Below, piece after piece: positions 1-7,499 of a stretch of 56,711 nt of DNA. The notes below the pieces were generated by a model. The model was not told where the DNA came from. It searched no databases and worked only from the letters and a program-made list of their open reading frames with translations. Source of the DNA: a virus (Duplodnaviria > Caudoviricetes). The position numbers were made by a program, and so were the translations under genes. The stretch spans positions 1-56,711 of the IMG/VR virus record IMGVR_UViG_3300024259_000040; one strand, given 5' to 3'. Position 1 is the first letter of the stretch. Each line of letters begins with the position of its first letter.

Positions 1-636
1 ATTGCAGCGTCGGGGCGCCGCACAAGCGCGAGCGAATATGGTTCGTGGCCGACACCCGATGCACAGTTGATGAACGACGGAGCCGATCCCGAGAAACATC
101 GAGCTCGACTGGAGCGCCTGAAGGAGAAGCACAACAACGGCAATGGTGCGGGGCTTCCGCTGGCCCAGGCCGCGCACCTATCAACTTGGCCGACGCCGAC
201 GCAACCAAGTGGGGGCCAGACGGTTCCAGAGGGAACGACGGCAACGGGGAAGCGACCGGACGGGAAGAAAGCGCAAGTGACGCTGAAAGATGTGGCGAGC
301 CTGGCGGGATGGCGGACGCCATCCCTGGAGATGGAGACGGGCGGCAGTTATTGCGACCCGGTGAAGGTTCAGGCGCGAATAGCGGCGGGACATCAGGTAT
401 ATCTGAAGGATCAAGCCATGCTGGTCCAGTCAACGGCTTCTGGGCCGACGCCGAATGGCTCCCCTGCCGAGATAACAAATATCGGGCAGTTGAACCCGGC
501 CTTAAGCCGCTTTCTCCAAGCATACCCCGAAGCCTGGGACATAGCAAGTCCGAACTACGACGCCTGGCTCGCCGTGCAAGAAGCAATCGCGTCGGACGAC
601 TCAAGGGCTACGGGAACGCCATTGTGCCAGAAGTAG
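1..636 (+). CDS. Overprinted ORF inside the MTase gene, C-terminal part (putative beta subunit with motif IX)
   Basis: WPTP/WRTP repeats; GQLNPALSRFLQAYPEAW resembles C5-MTase motif IX (LTPRECARLQGFP). Confidence 0.72.
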   Translation: MAASGRRTSASEYGSWPTPDAQLMNDGADPEKHRARLERLKEKHNNGNGAGLPLAQAAHLSTWPTPTQPSGGQTVPEGTTATGKRPDGKKAQVTLKDVASLAGWRTPSLEMETGGSYCDPVKVQARIAAGHQVYLKDQAMLVQSTASGPTPNGSPAEITNIGQLNPALSRFLQAYPEAWDIASPNYDAWLAVQEAIASDDSRATGTPLCQK

Positions 637-674
637 CGGCGGAGTTTATCCGCGCTTACGAGGAGGTCGCATGA
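1..674 (+). CDS. C5-cytosine DNA methyltransferase, C-terminal part (frame of ORF 45-674)
   Basis: In frame with 56216 after circularisation; ends RLKGYGNAIVPEVAAEFI (motif X). Confidence 0.88.
   Translation, partial: CSVGAPHKRERIWFVADTRCTVDERRSRSRETSSSTGAPEGEAQQRQWCGASAGPGRAPINLADADATKWGPDGSRGNDGNGEATGREESASDAERCGEPGGMADAIPGDGDGRQLLRPGEGSGANSGGTSGISEGSSHAGPVNGFWADAEWLPCRDNKYRAVEPGLKPLSPSIPRSLGHSKSELRRLARRARSNRVGRLKGYGNAIVPEVAAEFIRAYEEVA
2..51. repeat. Terminal overlap, left copy (identical to 56662-56711); indicates a circular or circularly permuted contig
   Basis: Exact 50-nt match TTGCAGCGTC...GTTCGTGGCCG at both ends; two reading frames continue across the junction. Confidence 0.95.
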
Positions 675-916
675 TCGAGCGCCGCCACTCCGTCGCCAAC
701 CTGCGGTTCCGTTCTATCGGCTGGTGCCAGCGTATCGACTACGCCGTCGGCCCCTGCCAGCAGTGCGGCCAGGTCGGACGGCTCGGCGGCAAGCTCTATC
801 CGCTACGTCGCCAGCTCGTCTGCAGCGGCTGTTACAACGTCGCCGAGACGACGATGGCCGCCCAGGTCGAGAAGATGCCGCCGGCCGATTGGGGCGAGAA
901 AGGAGGGCGACGGTGA
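671..916 (+). CDS. Small Zn-finger-like hypothetical protein
   Basis: GGAGG SD, ATGA coupling, CQQC...CSGC. Confidence 0.65.
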   Translation: MIERRHSVANLRFRSIGWCQRIDYAVGPCQQCGQVGRLGGKLYPLRRQLVCSGCYNVAETTMAAQVEKMPPADWGEKGGRR

Positions 917-1707
917 GGTTCACGCCGATCTGCGAAGAGGCTGTCGAGGCGATGGTTGAACAGATCCCCGGGCCAGACGAGATGCGGCTGAAAGCCTGGT
1001 CAGCAGTCCATCGAATACTGCACCGCTGCCAGCGCGAGGAGGGGTATTTCAAGGGCGTCAAATTGGCGCGCGGCGAGTTCCCTTTTGGCTTGGAAGAACT
1101 TGGGAAAAGTTGCTACCTCTCAATCCAAGAAATACGGACAATTCTAAAGCATCTTGAAAAAGCCCGATTTCTAACAAGCAAACGAACAAACAAAGGCAGT
1201 ATCGGAACTGTAATAGAATTTGATACTTACGTGATCGACCTTAACGGAGCTAACAAGCAAGCTAACAAGCAGCTAACAAGCAGCCAACAAGCAGCTAACA
1301 ACACACTAAAGGGGGAAAGGGGGAAAGGGGAAAGAAAAGATACTAGTAGTGACCTGAGTGAGGACGAGAGAAAACCGGGTGACGATTACGAGATCGACAT
1401 GGTGGAGTATTGGGATATGATCGCCCCTACCTTCCCGATACCGTGGAAGCAGTTCGACCTGTGGCGCAAGAATTCCGGCGAAGCTATCGCCGTCACTGCC
1501 GCCCTGCATTGTGCCACGATCGGCAAGGAACCCGACGACCCTGTCACCTACCTGCCCTCTCTTTTCCGCGCCGCCGCCGCAGGTGAGCTGTCCACACAAC
1601 GGAACCACCACCCCGCCCTACCCGCCGGCTCCCCCCACAAGGAAAGCACCGAAGAACGCCTCGCACGCCGTCGTCGCGAGAGAGAGGAGAGAGATCGTGC
1701 AGCTTAA
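913..1707 (+). CDS. Phage replication initiator (replisome organiser, winged HTH)
   Basis: GTG start after AGGAGG; GEFPFGLEELGKSCYLSIQEIRTILKHLEK...TNKGSIGTV HTH pattern; internal iterons. Confidence 0.75.
   Translation: MRFTPICEEAVEAMVEQIPGPDEMRLKAWSAVHRILHRCQREEGYFKGVKLARGEFPFGLEELGKSCYLSIQEIRTILKHLEKARFLTSKRTNKGSIGTVIEFDTYVIDLNGANKQANKQLTSSQQAANNTLKGERGKGERKDTSSDLSEDERKPGDDYEIDMVEYWDMIAPTFPIPWKQFDLWRKNSGEAIAVTAALHCATIGKEPDDPVTYLPSLFRAAAAGELSTQRNHHPALPAGSPHKESTEERLARRRREREERDRAA
1248..1340. repeat. Putative replication origin: five 11-bp iterons AGC(T/C)AACAA(GC/CA) followed by a purine-rich tract
   Basis: Copies at 1248, 1260, 1271, 1282, 1293, then GGGGGAAAGGGGGAAAGGGGAAAGAAAAGA; located inside the initiator gene as in lambdoid phages. 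Confidence 0.75.
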
Positions 1708-2281
1708 TCAAGACCGCCAAGCCTTTGAGCGCATCGAGGCGCTCCTGCTGGCCCACTATCGGACCATGGTGCCGGATTCCCTGCTGGACGAGATCGAGCG
1801 CATCATGGGGCGCCTCGACAGCCAGATGGTCGAGGAGGCCGTCGCGCGCCACGTCGAGGACACCACCCTGGACGGACGCAATATGCCCGTCGGCAAGTTC
1901 CCTCCGTCCATCGCCGACCTGACCCGCCACTACGAGCAGCAGATGATGGAGCGGCGCCGGGAGGAGCAGCAGCGAAAGAATATCGAGCGCCAAAAAGAGC
2001 CGAGAAACCCTTCCGTCGCGAAGAGGGTGTTGGTCAAGGTCAATTGGGATGAGCTGGTCAGAGGCTACGCCGAGAAGCGGCGAGCGATCACCGCAGCCCT
2101 CCGCCAGCAATTACACCTCACCTGGAAGGATTTCTTTGAGACGATGGTCCTGGCACATACGATCAAGGCATGGATGGATAGCGGTGCCAAGATGACACCG
2201 GCCGAGGCCGTCGAAGTCGCCCGCAGATACATCGAGCAGCATACCAACCCCAAGGAGGAGCAACATGCCATCGCCCAATAA
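1697..2281 (+). CDS. Putative replicative helicase loader/inhibitor (SPP1 G39P-like)
   Basis: Follows the initiator; AVARHV...KFPPSIADL motif. Confidence 0.55.
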   Translation: MQLNQDRQAFERIEALLLAHYRTMVPDSLLDEIERIMGRLDSQMVEEAVARHVEDTTLDGRNMPVGKFPPSIADLTRHYEQQMMERRREEQQRKNIERQKEPRNPSVAKRVLVKVNWDELVRGYAEKRRAITAALRQQLHLTWKDFFETMVLAHTIKAWMDSGAKMTPAEAVEVARRYIEQHTNPKEEQHAIAQ

Positions 2282-2462
2282 ATTCCCCAAGGAGCGCGTC
2301 GCCAGGGCGGCCCGCATCTACTCGTCTAACGACGCCGCTGGCAGGGCGCTCGGCATTGCCCCGGGCAGTTTTGGGAGGCTTTGCAGGAAGTACGAAATCG
2401 ACACGCCCCTGCAGCAGAAGGAGCGACGGCGCGCCGAATTCCGCGAAGGACTGCCCGAATGA
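2265..2462 (+). CDS. Small HTH DNA-binding protein
   Basis: AGGAGG SD; NDAAGRALGIAPGSFGRLCRKY is a Fis-like HTH. Confidence 0.65.
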   Translation: MPSPNKFPKERVARAARIYSSNDAAGRALGIAPGSFGRLCRKYEIDTPLQQKERRRAEFREGLPE

Positions 2463-2938
2463 GCGCCCTTATCGCTATCACCGCCGTCCTCATCCTGCAG
2501 GCCGCCGCCGTCCTGTCGCACGCCTGGGGACAGCGGGATCGGTCGGAGCAGGCACTGATCGCCGTCCTGGTCGGTATGTGGCTGCCGTGCTTTGCGCTGG
2601 TATGGCTCGGCACCTTCCCAGCCTATTGCATCATCCACCCGCCGGCCTGGGTCTTTGTGTGGATCTGGCTGGGCGAGGATCACACCCATTGGGCGCACCG
2701 GCTCTGGATTAAAAACCTGTCCACGTCCAATCTGTTCCACTTGGCCTCGGCCCTCTCGAACTACCCGGCGTCGATCGCCCTGCTCTACTACGCCGGTATC
2801 TGGTGGCCCTGGTGGATCGTCGTGGCGCTGGTCTGCAAGGTCGAATGGAAGCTCCTCAAGCACGTCACTGGGGTCGCTCACTGGCCCCTCCTCGAAACGC
2901 AGGTTATCCGCTTTTTGCGAGAAAGGTTCGCCCGATGA
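2459..2938 (+). CDS. Polytopic membrane protein
   Basis: Several hydrophobic segments; ATGA coupling at both ends. Confidence 0.65.
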   Translation: MSALIAITAVLILQAAAVLSHAWGQRDRSEQALIAVLVGMWLPCFALVWLGTFPAYCIIHPPAWVFVWIWLGEDHTHWAHRLWIKNLSTSNLFHLASALSNYPASIALLYYAGIWWPWWIVVALVCKVEWKLLKHVTGVAHWPLLETQVIRFLRERFAR

Positions 2939-3600
2939 AACCGCAAGTAACGCGCGCCGCCGACGGCGGCAAGGTGCTGTCGTTCGCCGGCAGTAAGCTG
3001 GCGCTGTCGATCGTCGGCCCGCCCGATAACCCTATCCCACAACCCTATATGCGGCTCATGCTACTGGCCGTGGCCATGCACCCCGCCCCCAAGCGTATCC
3101 TCCTCCTGGGCCTGGGTGGAGGCGTGCAAGCGCGCTGGCTCCTACAGCACACAACCGCCGACATAGAGGCCGTCGAGATGTCCGAGGGAGTCTACGAGCT
3201 GGCGCGGACCGAGATGGGCCTGGAGCGTCACGGGCGCCTGGCCGTGGTCATCGACGACGCGCTCAACTGGCTGGATGAGCGCCCCGACCATAATGCCGAC
3301 CTGGTCCTGGTCGATCTGTTCGATGAACGTGGCATGGCGTCGGTCGTCCGCTCGATGTATTTCTGGCAGTCGCTGGAAAAGCATCTGGCCCCGGACGCGA
3401 TCGTCGTAGCCAATCTGATGGGCGACACCCACCTCGTCACCAAGACGATGGCCGAGACGCTGGGCGCACCCGTCACCAACGTCGCCTCCCCCGACGGCAA
3501 CGTCGTCGCCTTCAGCGGCGAGAATCGTGCCGATATAGGAGCATGGAGGGAGCGCCGCGACGAGATAGAGGCACGAACGGGCCTCTCTTTCGCCGTGTAG
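2935..3600 (+). CDS. Spermidine-synthase-like SAM-dependent methyltransferase-fold protein
   Basis: PKRILLLGLGGG (motif I), VEMSEGVYELAR, VVIDDAL, DLVLVDLFD, IVVANL. Confidence 0.8.
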   Translation: MKPQVTRAADGGKVLSFAGSKLALSIVGPPDNPIPQPYMRLMLLAVAMHPAPKRILLLGLGGGVQARWLLQHTTADIEAVEMSEGVYELARTEMGLERHGRLAVVIDDALNWLDERPDHNADLVLVDLFDERGMASVVRSMYFWQSLEKHLAPDAIVVANLMGDTHLVTKTMAETLGAPVTNVASPDGNVVAFSGENRADIGAWRERRDEIEARTGLSFAV

Positions 3601-3612
3601 ATCGAATAATTC

Positions 3613-3641
3613 TTGACAGGGTATTATCAATCTGCGATCAT
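3613..3641 (+). promoter_or_regulatory. Putative sigma70 promoter
   Basis: TTGACA-N17-GATCAT with extended TG, in an intergenic AT-richer patch. Confidence 0.4.
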
Positions 3642-3662
3642 GGAGAAGGGCATGGGTCTTGC

Positions 3663-3920
3663 ATGGATCAGTCAGGGGTTTTACGGGTGATAGCCACAAT
3701 CAAAGAGGCGCACACACGACCTTCTGCAGGTGAAATAACGATCCACTTTTGCCCCGAGGGGGAATGTAAATACTCCCTCACCCTCACACGCGGACATCCC
3801 AAGTCGGTAACGTTCGCCACCGAGGACGAGCTGTTGAAGTTTATCGCCGCGTTCAATGCTCCCCTACCTGCCCCCGGGCAGGAGCAGGAGATACACCACC
3901 GCACGGCGGCCAGTAACTGA
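3663..3920 (+). CDS. Hypothetical protein
   Basis: ORF downstream of the putative promoter. Confidence 0.45.
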   Translation: MDQSGVLRVIATIKEAHTRPSAGEITIHFCPEGECKYSLTLTRGHPKSVTFATEDELLKFIAAFNAPLPAPGQEQEIHHRTAASN

Positions 3921-3990
3921 CGACGATTTAAACCGGAGCGCGTTCCGGCGCGCACGGTGACATAACCGAGTAGATCATAAGACGGGTTCA

Positions 3991-4040
3991 GGCTCGTTCG
4001 ATCTGGAAGACAAATCCAGACCGGGCGGGCCTTTTTTTTT
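3991..4040 (+). terminator. Intrinsic terminator with a long interrupted hairpin
   Basis: GGCTCGTTCG-a-TCTGGA/agacaaa/TCCAGA-c-CGGGCGGGCC followed by T9. Confidence 0.7.
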
Positions 4041-4145
4041 GTTTTGCATCCCCTCGGGGATGTGGCCCTTCGCGGGAGAGGGGGGAGCAAGGGGCCGCCC
4101 CAACAACGCGACCTCTTCCGCACACCTTACTCAGGAGGACAGCGC

Positions 4146-4712
4146 GTGGCCTCTCGCTCACTCAACGACCTGACCCCCGACACAAAGATCAAAGCGCTGG
4201 AGTTCCTGCGTCTCACCTCCGACGCGGATCTGCAGGTGCTGATCTACTGCACCCACCGCGATGCCTGGGAGCAGGCGCGCCTCTACCGCCAGAGCAGGAC
4301 ACGCAAAGAGATCGACCAGAAACGCGACTTCCTCATCAAGAACGGCTATCGCGTCCTGGCCGACATCCTCGAAGCGGTCGGCCCACAGGCTGGCGCGCTG
4401 CCCCACGTCACCTGGGCCGGTCCCGGCGAGTCGTTCCATCAGTTCAGGCAAGCGTTCGACGCCGTGCCAGTGATCGACGGCAAGTGTATCTGGATAGACG
4501 ACCATCCCTCATGGCTCACGTTCGCCGCTGGCGCTAACCAGGCGGGCCTGGACTGGTCCGGCTACTGGCCCAAGGCCAAGCGCGAATACTTTCATTGCCA
4601 GATCCCCACCGCCGCACGCGAAAATCCCCTCTTCCACTACAACCCCGTCGAGATAGGCAAGGCGCTGGCCGCCGACATCGACCGCCTCAACGACGACAAG
4701 GAGGCCGCATGA
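4146..4712 (+). CDS. Endolysin, M15 family (L-Ala-D-Glu-type) peptidase
   Basis: AGGAGG + GTG; SRSLNDL..., THRD..EQARLY, GESFHQFRQAFD (SxHxxxxAxD), WSGYW...EYFHCQ. Confidence 0.85.
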   Translation: MASRSLNDLTPDTKIKALEFLRLTSDADLQVLIYCTHRDAWEQARLYRQSRTRKEIDQKRDFLIKNGYRVLADILEAVGPQAGALPHVTWAGPGESFHQFRQAFDAVPVIDGKCIWIDDHPSWLTFAAGANQAGLDWSGYWPKAKREYFHCQIPTAARENPLFHYNPVEIGKALAADIDRLNDDKEAA

Positions 4713-5527
4713 CCGCCCGCAAAAGAGCTGTTCCTATCGACGCCTCGCGCTTGCCCGAGTGGGTCCAGCCGCATGTCCCCGCCGGACTGGACGGCGTCGA
4801 TCTGATGGACTGGTATCTCACCCTCGACCAGGGACGACGGATAGGGCTGGCCGAGATGGCAGAAAAAAGCGACGACGAGGAGACGATCGGCGCGCTCTCC
4901 GTCCAGCTCGATCGTTTTTTCATGGCCCTGGCCGAGCGGTTCGATGGGCAGGATACCATGCTCTCGACCCTGTCCGAGGCGGCGAGCGTCGTCATGGCGC
5001 AGACCCGGCCGTCGGATCTCGCCCAAGAGGTCGCCCGCCGAGCCAACGGCGCGAAAAGGCTGCGCACGCCGGCACCCATCAACCCACCCCCACCCGTCGC
5101 CGATCCGTTCGACCCCGACAAGCCTATCGAGGAGTTTATCGCCGACGAGGAAGGCTACACCGACGACGGCCCCGCCAGCCCCGCCAGCCCCGCCGACGAT
5201 GCTCACACGCAGATAATCGAGAAGATCACCACCGACGACGACCCGGCCATGCGCGTGGGGATGCCACCCGACGACATACGCGCCGTGCTGGACTACGCCG
5301 TCGAGGCGGTCGAAAAGTTCCACCCCGGCGACCAGGAGGCCTTCGAGAAAGCGCGCCGTGCCGTCGTCCGGCAGATGCAGGGATGGACAGCCAACAAGGA
5401 GGCACCCAAGCAAGTGCCGTGGAAGAGTGTCCCGTCGCGCGGTTTTCACGGGGTCGTCCTGGCCAACCTGGGACGGCTCGGTATCATCCCCGCCGCCCCC
5501 AAGGAACATGACCCCGAGGTAGACTGA
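4709..5527 (+). CDS. Hypothetical acidic protein
   Basis: ATGA coupling to the endolysin; phage-like codon usage. Confidence 0.65.
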   Translation: MTARKRAVPIDASRLPEWVQPHVPAGLDGVDLMDWYLTLDQGRRIGLAEMAEKSDDEETIGALSVQLDRFFMALAERFDGQDTMLSTLSEAASVVMAQTRPSDLAQEVARRANGAKRLRTPAPINPPPPVADPFDPDKPIEEFIADEEGYTDDGPASPASPADDAHTQIIEKITTDDDPAMRVGMPPDDIRAVLDYAVEAVEKFHPGDQEAFEKARRAVVRQMQGWTANKEAPKQVPWKSVPSRGFHGVVLANLGRLGIIPAAPKEHDPEVD

Positions 5528-5530
5528 GCT

Positions 5531-6052
5531 ATGAACTTCGACAAGATCAAGATCAAGCCGTCCGACCGCTCTGTCACGCTGCAGTGGTCCGAGCCGTCCG
5601 TCGTCTCCGAGGATGCCGACAAGCACAAGCTGGAGTGTCACGACGCACCCGAGCAGTCGATGATCGACGCGTTCTACGCCCTGACGCCCTACTTCCTCGA
5701 CCTACTGGAGCTGCCCGACGATTACGCAACGAGCCTGGTCGTCTGCGGTGTCACTATCAAGACGGGCGCCGGTGGCGATACCTCCTATATCCTCACTGCG
5801 CAGAAGGCGCTGGAAGACTTCGATAGCCCCGTCGTCCTCAACACGCCGCTGATCGCTTACCCAGCGCGCGACCTGCACGACGCCCTCGATGCCCTGGAGC
5901 TGGAAGCGGAGAAGTATGTCAACGGCGAGCGCGGCCAGATGTCGCTGTTCAAGGGCGTCGGTCCCGGTGGCGAGGAGGAGGACGACGATGTGGGCGAGAA
6001 GATAGACGAGCTACTGGACGAGATCGACGCCCTCGATGACGTGACCGTCTGA
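5531..6052 (+). CDS. Hypothetical phage protein
   Basis: Clean ORF with an acidic tail. Confidence 0.7.
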   Translation: MNFDKIKIKPSDRSVTLQWSEPSVVSEDADKHKLECHDAPEQSMIDAFYALTPYFLDLLELPDDYATSLVVCGVTIKTGAGGDTSYILTAQKALEDFDSPVVLNTPLIAYPARDLHDALDALELEAEKYVNGERGQMSLFKGVGPGGEEEDDDVGEKIDELLDEIDALDDVTV

Positions 6053-6558
6053 TGAGCGCTATCACCCTGACCCCCTCCGAGCAACGTATCTGCCGCTACC
6101 TGGCCGGCGCACGTCACGCCGCCGCCCGGGAAGCTGGCAAGGTCAACGCGCGGAAAGGGCCGCAGGACGACGCCGCGACCGACCTCGAAGGGATCGGCGG
6201 CGAGATAGCGTTCTGCAAGCTGTTCGGCGTCTATCCCGACCTGTCGATAGCCGCCCGCTCGCCGGAAGAGGATAAGGGTGACTGTGTTCTACCGTCCGGC
6301 GCCGTGATCGACGTGAAGACGACGAAGTATGACAACGGTCGTCTCCTGGTCGCCCTGTGGAAGCACGCGAGGAATATCGACCTCTACGCCCTCATGGTCG
6401 GCCAGATGCCCACCTATGAGCTTCGCGGCTGGATCACACCTTTTCAGGTGCGCCAGAAGGATAATATCATCGACCTGGGGCGTGGTCCTGTCTACGCGGT
6501 CGAACAGGCGCGTCTACTCATATCCGAATCCGCTCAGAAGAGGAGCGTGCAGCTATGA
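6052..6558 (+). CDS. Hypothetical protein, possible PD-(D/E)xK nuclease fold
   Basis: GEIAF...GD...IDVKTT motif. Confidence 0.55.
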   Translation: MSAITLTPSEQRICRYLAGARHAAAREAGKVNARKGPQDDAATDLEGIGGEIAFCKLFGVYPDLSIAARSPEEDKGDCVLPSGAVIDVKTTKYDNGRLLVALWKHARNIDLYALMVGQMPTYELRGWITPFQVRQKDNIIDLGRGPVYAVEQARLLISESAQKRSVQL

Positions 6559-6716
6559 TCTGGAAGACCTGCGGACACTGCGGCGGTGCCGGCGTGATCG
6601 AAGAGGGACAGGCCAGCGCGCACATGCTCGGCCTGGTCCTGATGATGGCCGTCGTCGGCTCCTGCTGGTTCGCTATCGGCATCGCCGTCGGTAAATACGT
6701 CACGTTCGGAGGGTAG
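6555..6716 (+). CDS. Small membrane protein with CxxC (53 aa; not in the ORF track)
   Basis: AGGAG SD; MIWKTCGHCGG...LGLVLMMAVVGSCWFAIGIAVG. Confidence 0.55.
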   Translation: MIWKTCGHCGGAGVIEEGQASAHMLGLVLMMAVVGSCWFAIGIAVGKYVTFGG

Positions 6717-6917
6717 TCGTGTCGTGCGAAGATCCTGACCTCATCGCCGAGCTACTGAGCCGCGAGCGCCAACGCAATACACGCCGCAGCCGGCTCTTTT
6801 GGGACGGCCTGGTCGCCCTCGTCGTCGCCGTCGCCCTCATCGCCTTCATCGTCGCCGGTCGAGCGATCGCCCAGCTCGTCGCCTGGTGGCGGCATTAAAA
6901 AACAACGACTTGAGACA

Positions 6918-7499
6918 ATGAGCAAACTAACGCCGAGACAAGCGCGCTTCTGCGACGAGTATCTGATCGACCTCAACGCGACGCAGGCGGCGATACGCGC
7001 CGGCTACTCGCCGAGGACGGCGAATCAACAGGGCGCGCGTCTGTTGGCGAATGTTAAGATCCAGGCCGCGCTCGGCGAACGCATGGAGAAGCGCGCCGAA
7101 CGGACGGGCATCGACGCCGATAGCGTCGTGCGGCGCCTGGCTGAGATTGCGTTCGGCGACCTGGGCGAATTCCTCGACATCCTACCCGACGGGACGGCGC
7201 GCGTAGACCTGGCCAAGGCGAAGGGCAAGACGCGCCTCCTGAAGAAATACGATTGTAAGCAGATCTTGGCCGGCGATCCGAACGACGCGCTGCCGATCGG
7301 CGACATGAAGATCGAACTGCACGACGGCCTGCGCGCCCTCGATATGCTCATGCGTCACCTGGGCGCCTACGCGCCGGACAAGGTCGCACAGACCGACAGC
7401 GCCGGCAACGACGTGGAGCAGAGCGACCAGGCTATCCTCTCCCTACTCATTGGACGACTACAGCGGCGTAAGGCGGCGCGTGACAATGACGGCGATTGA
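6918..7499 (+). CDS. terS: Terminase small subunit
   Basis: LTPRQARFCDEYLIDLNATQAAIRAGYS...ALDMLMRHLG. Confidence 0.95.
   Translation: MSKLTPRQARFCDEYLIDLNATQAAIRAGYSPRTANQQGARLLANVKIQAALGERMEKRAERTGIDADSVVRRLAEIAFGDLGEFLDILPDGTARVDLAKAKGKTRLLKKYDCKQILAGDPNDALPIGDMKIELHDGLRALDMLMRHLGAYAPDKVAQTDSAGNDVEQSDQAILSLLIGRLQRRKAARDNDGD

Noticed and set aside
2-51. Terminal repeat as a biological direct terminal repeat
   Set aside because: It is only 50 nt and falls mid-gene in the MTase; more consistent with assembler overlap on a circular contig
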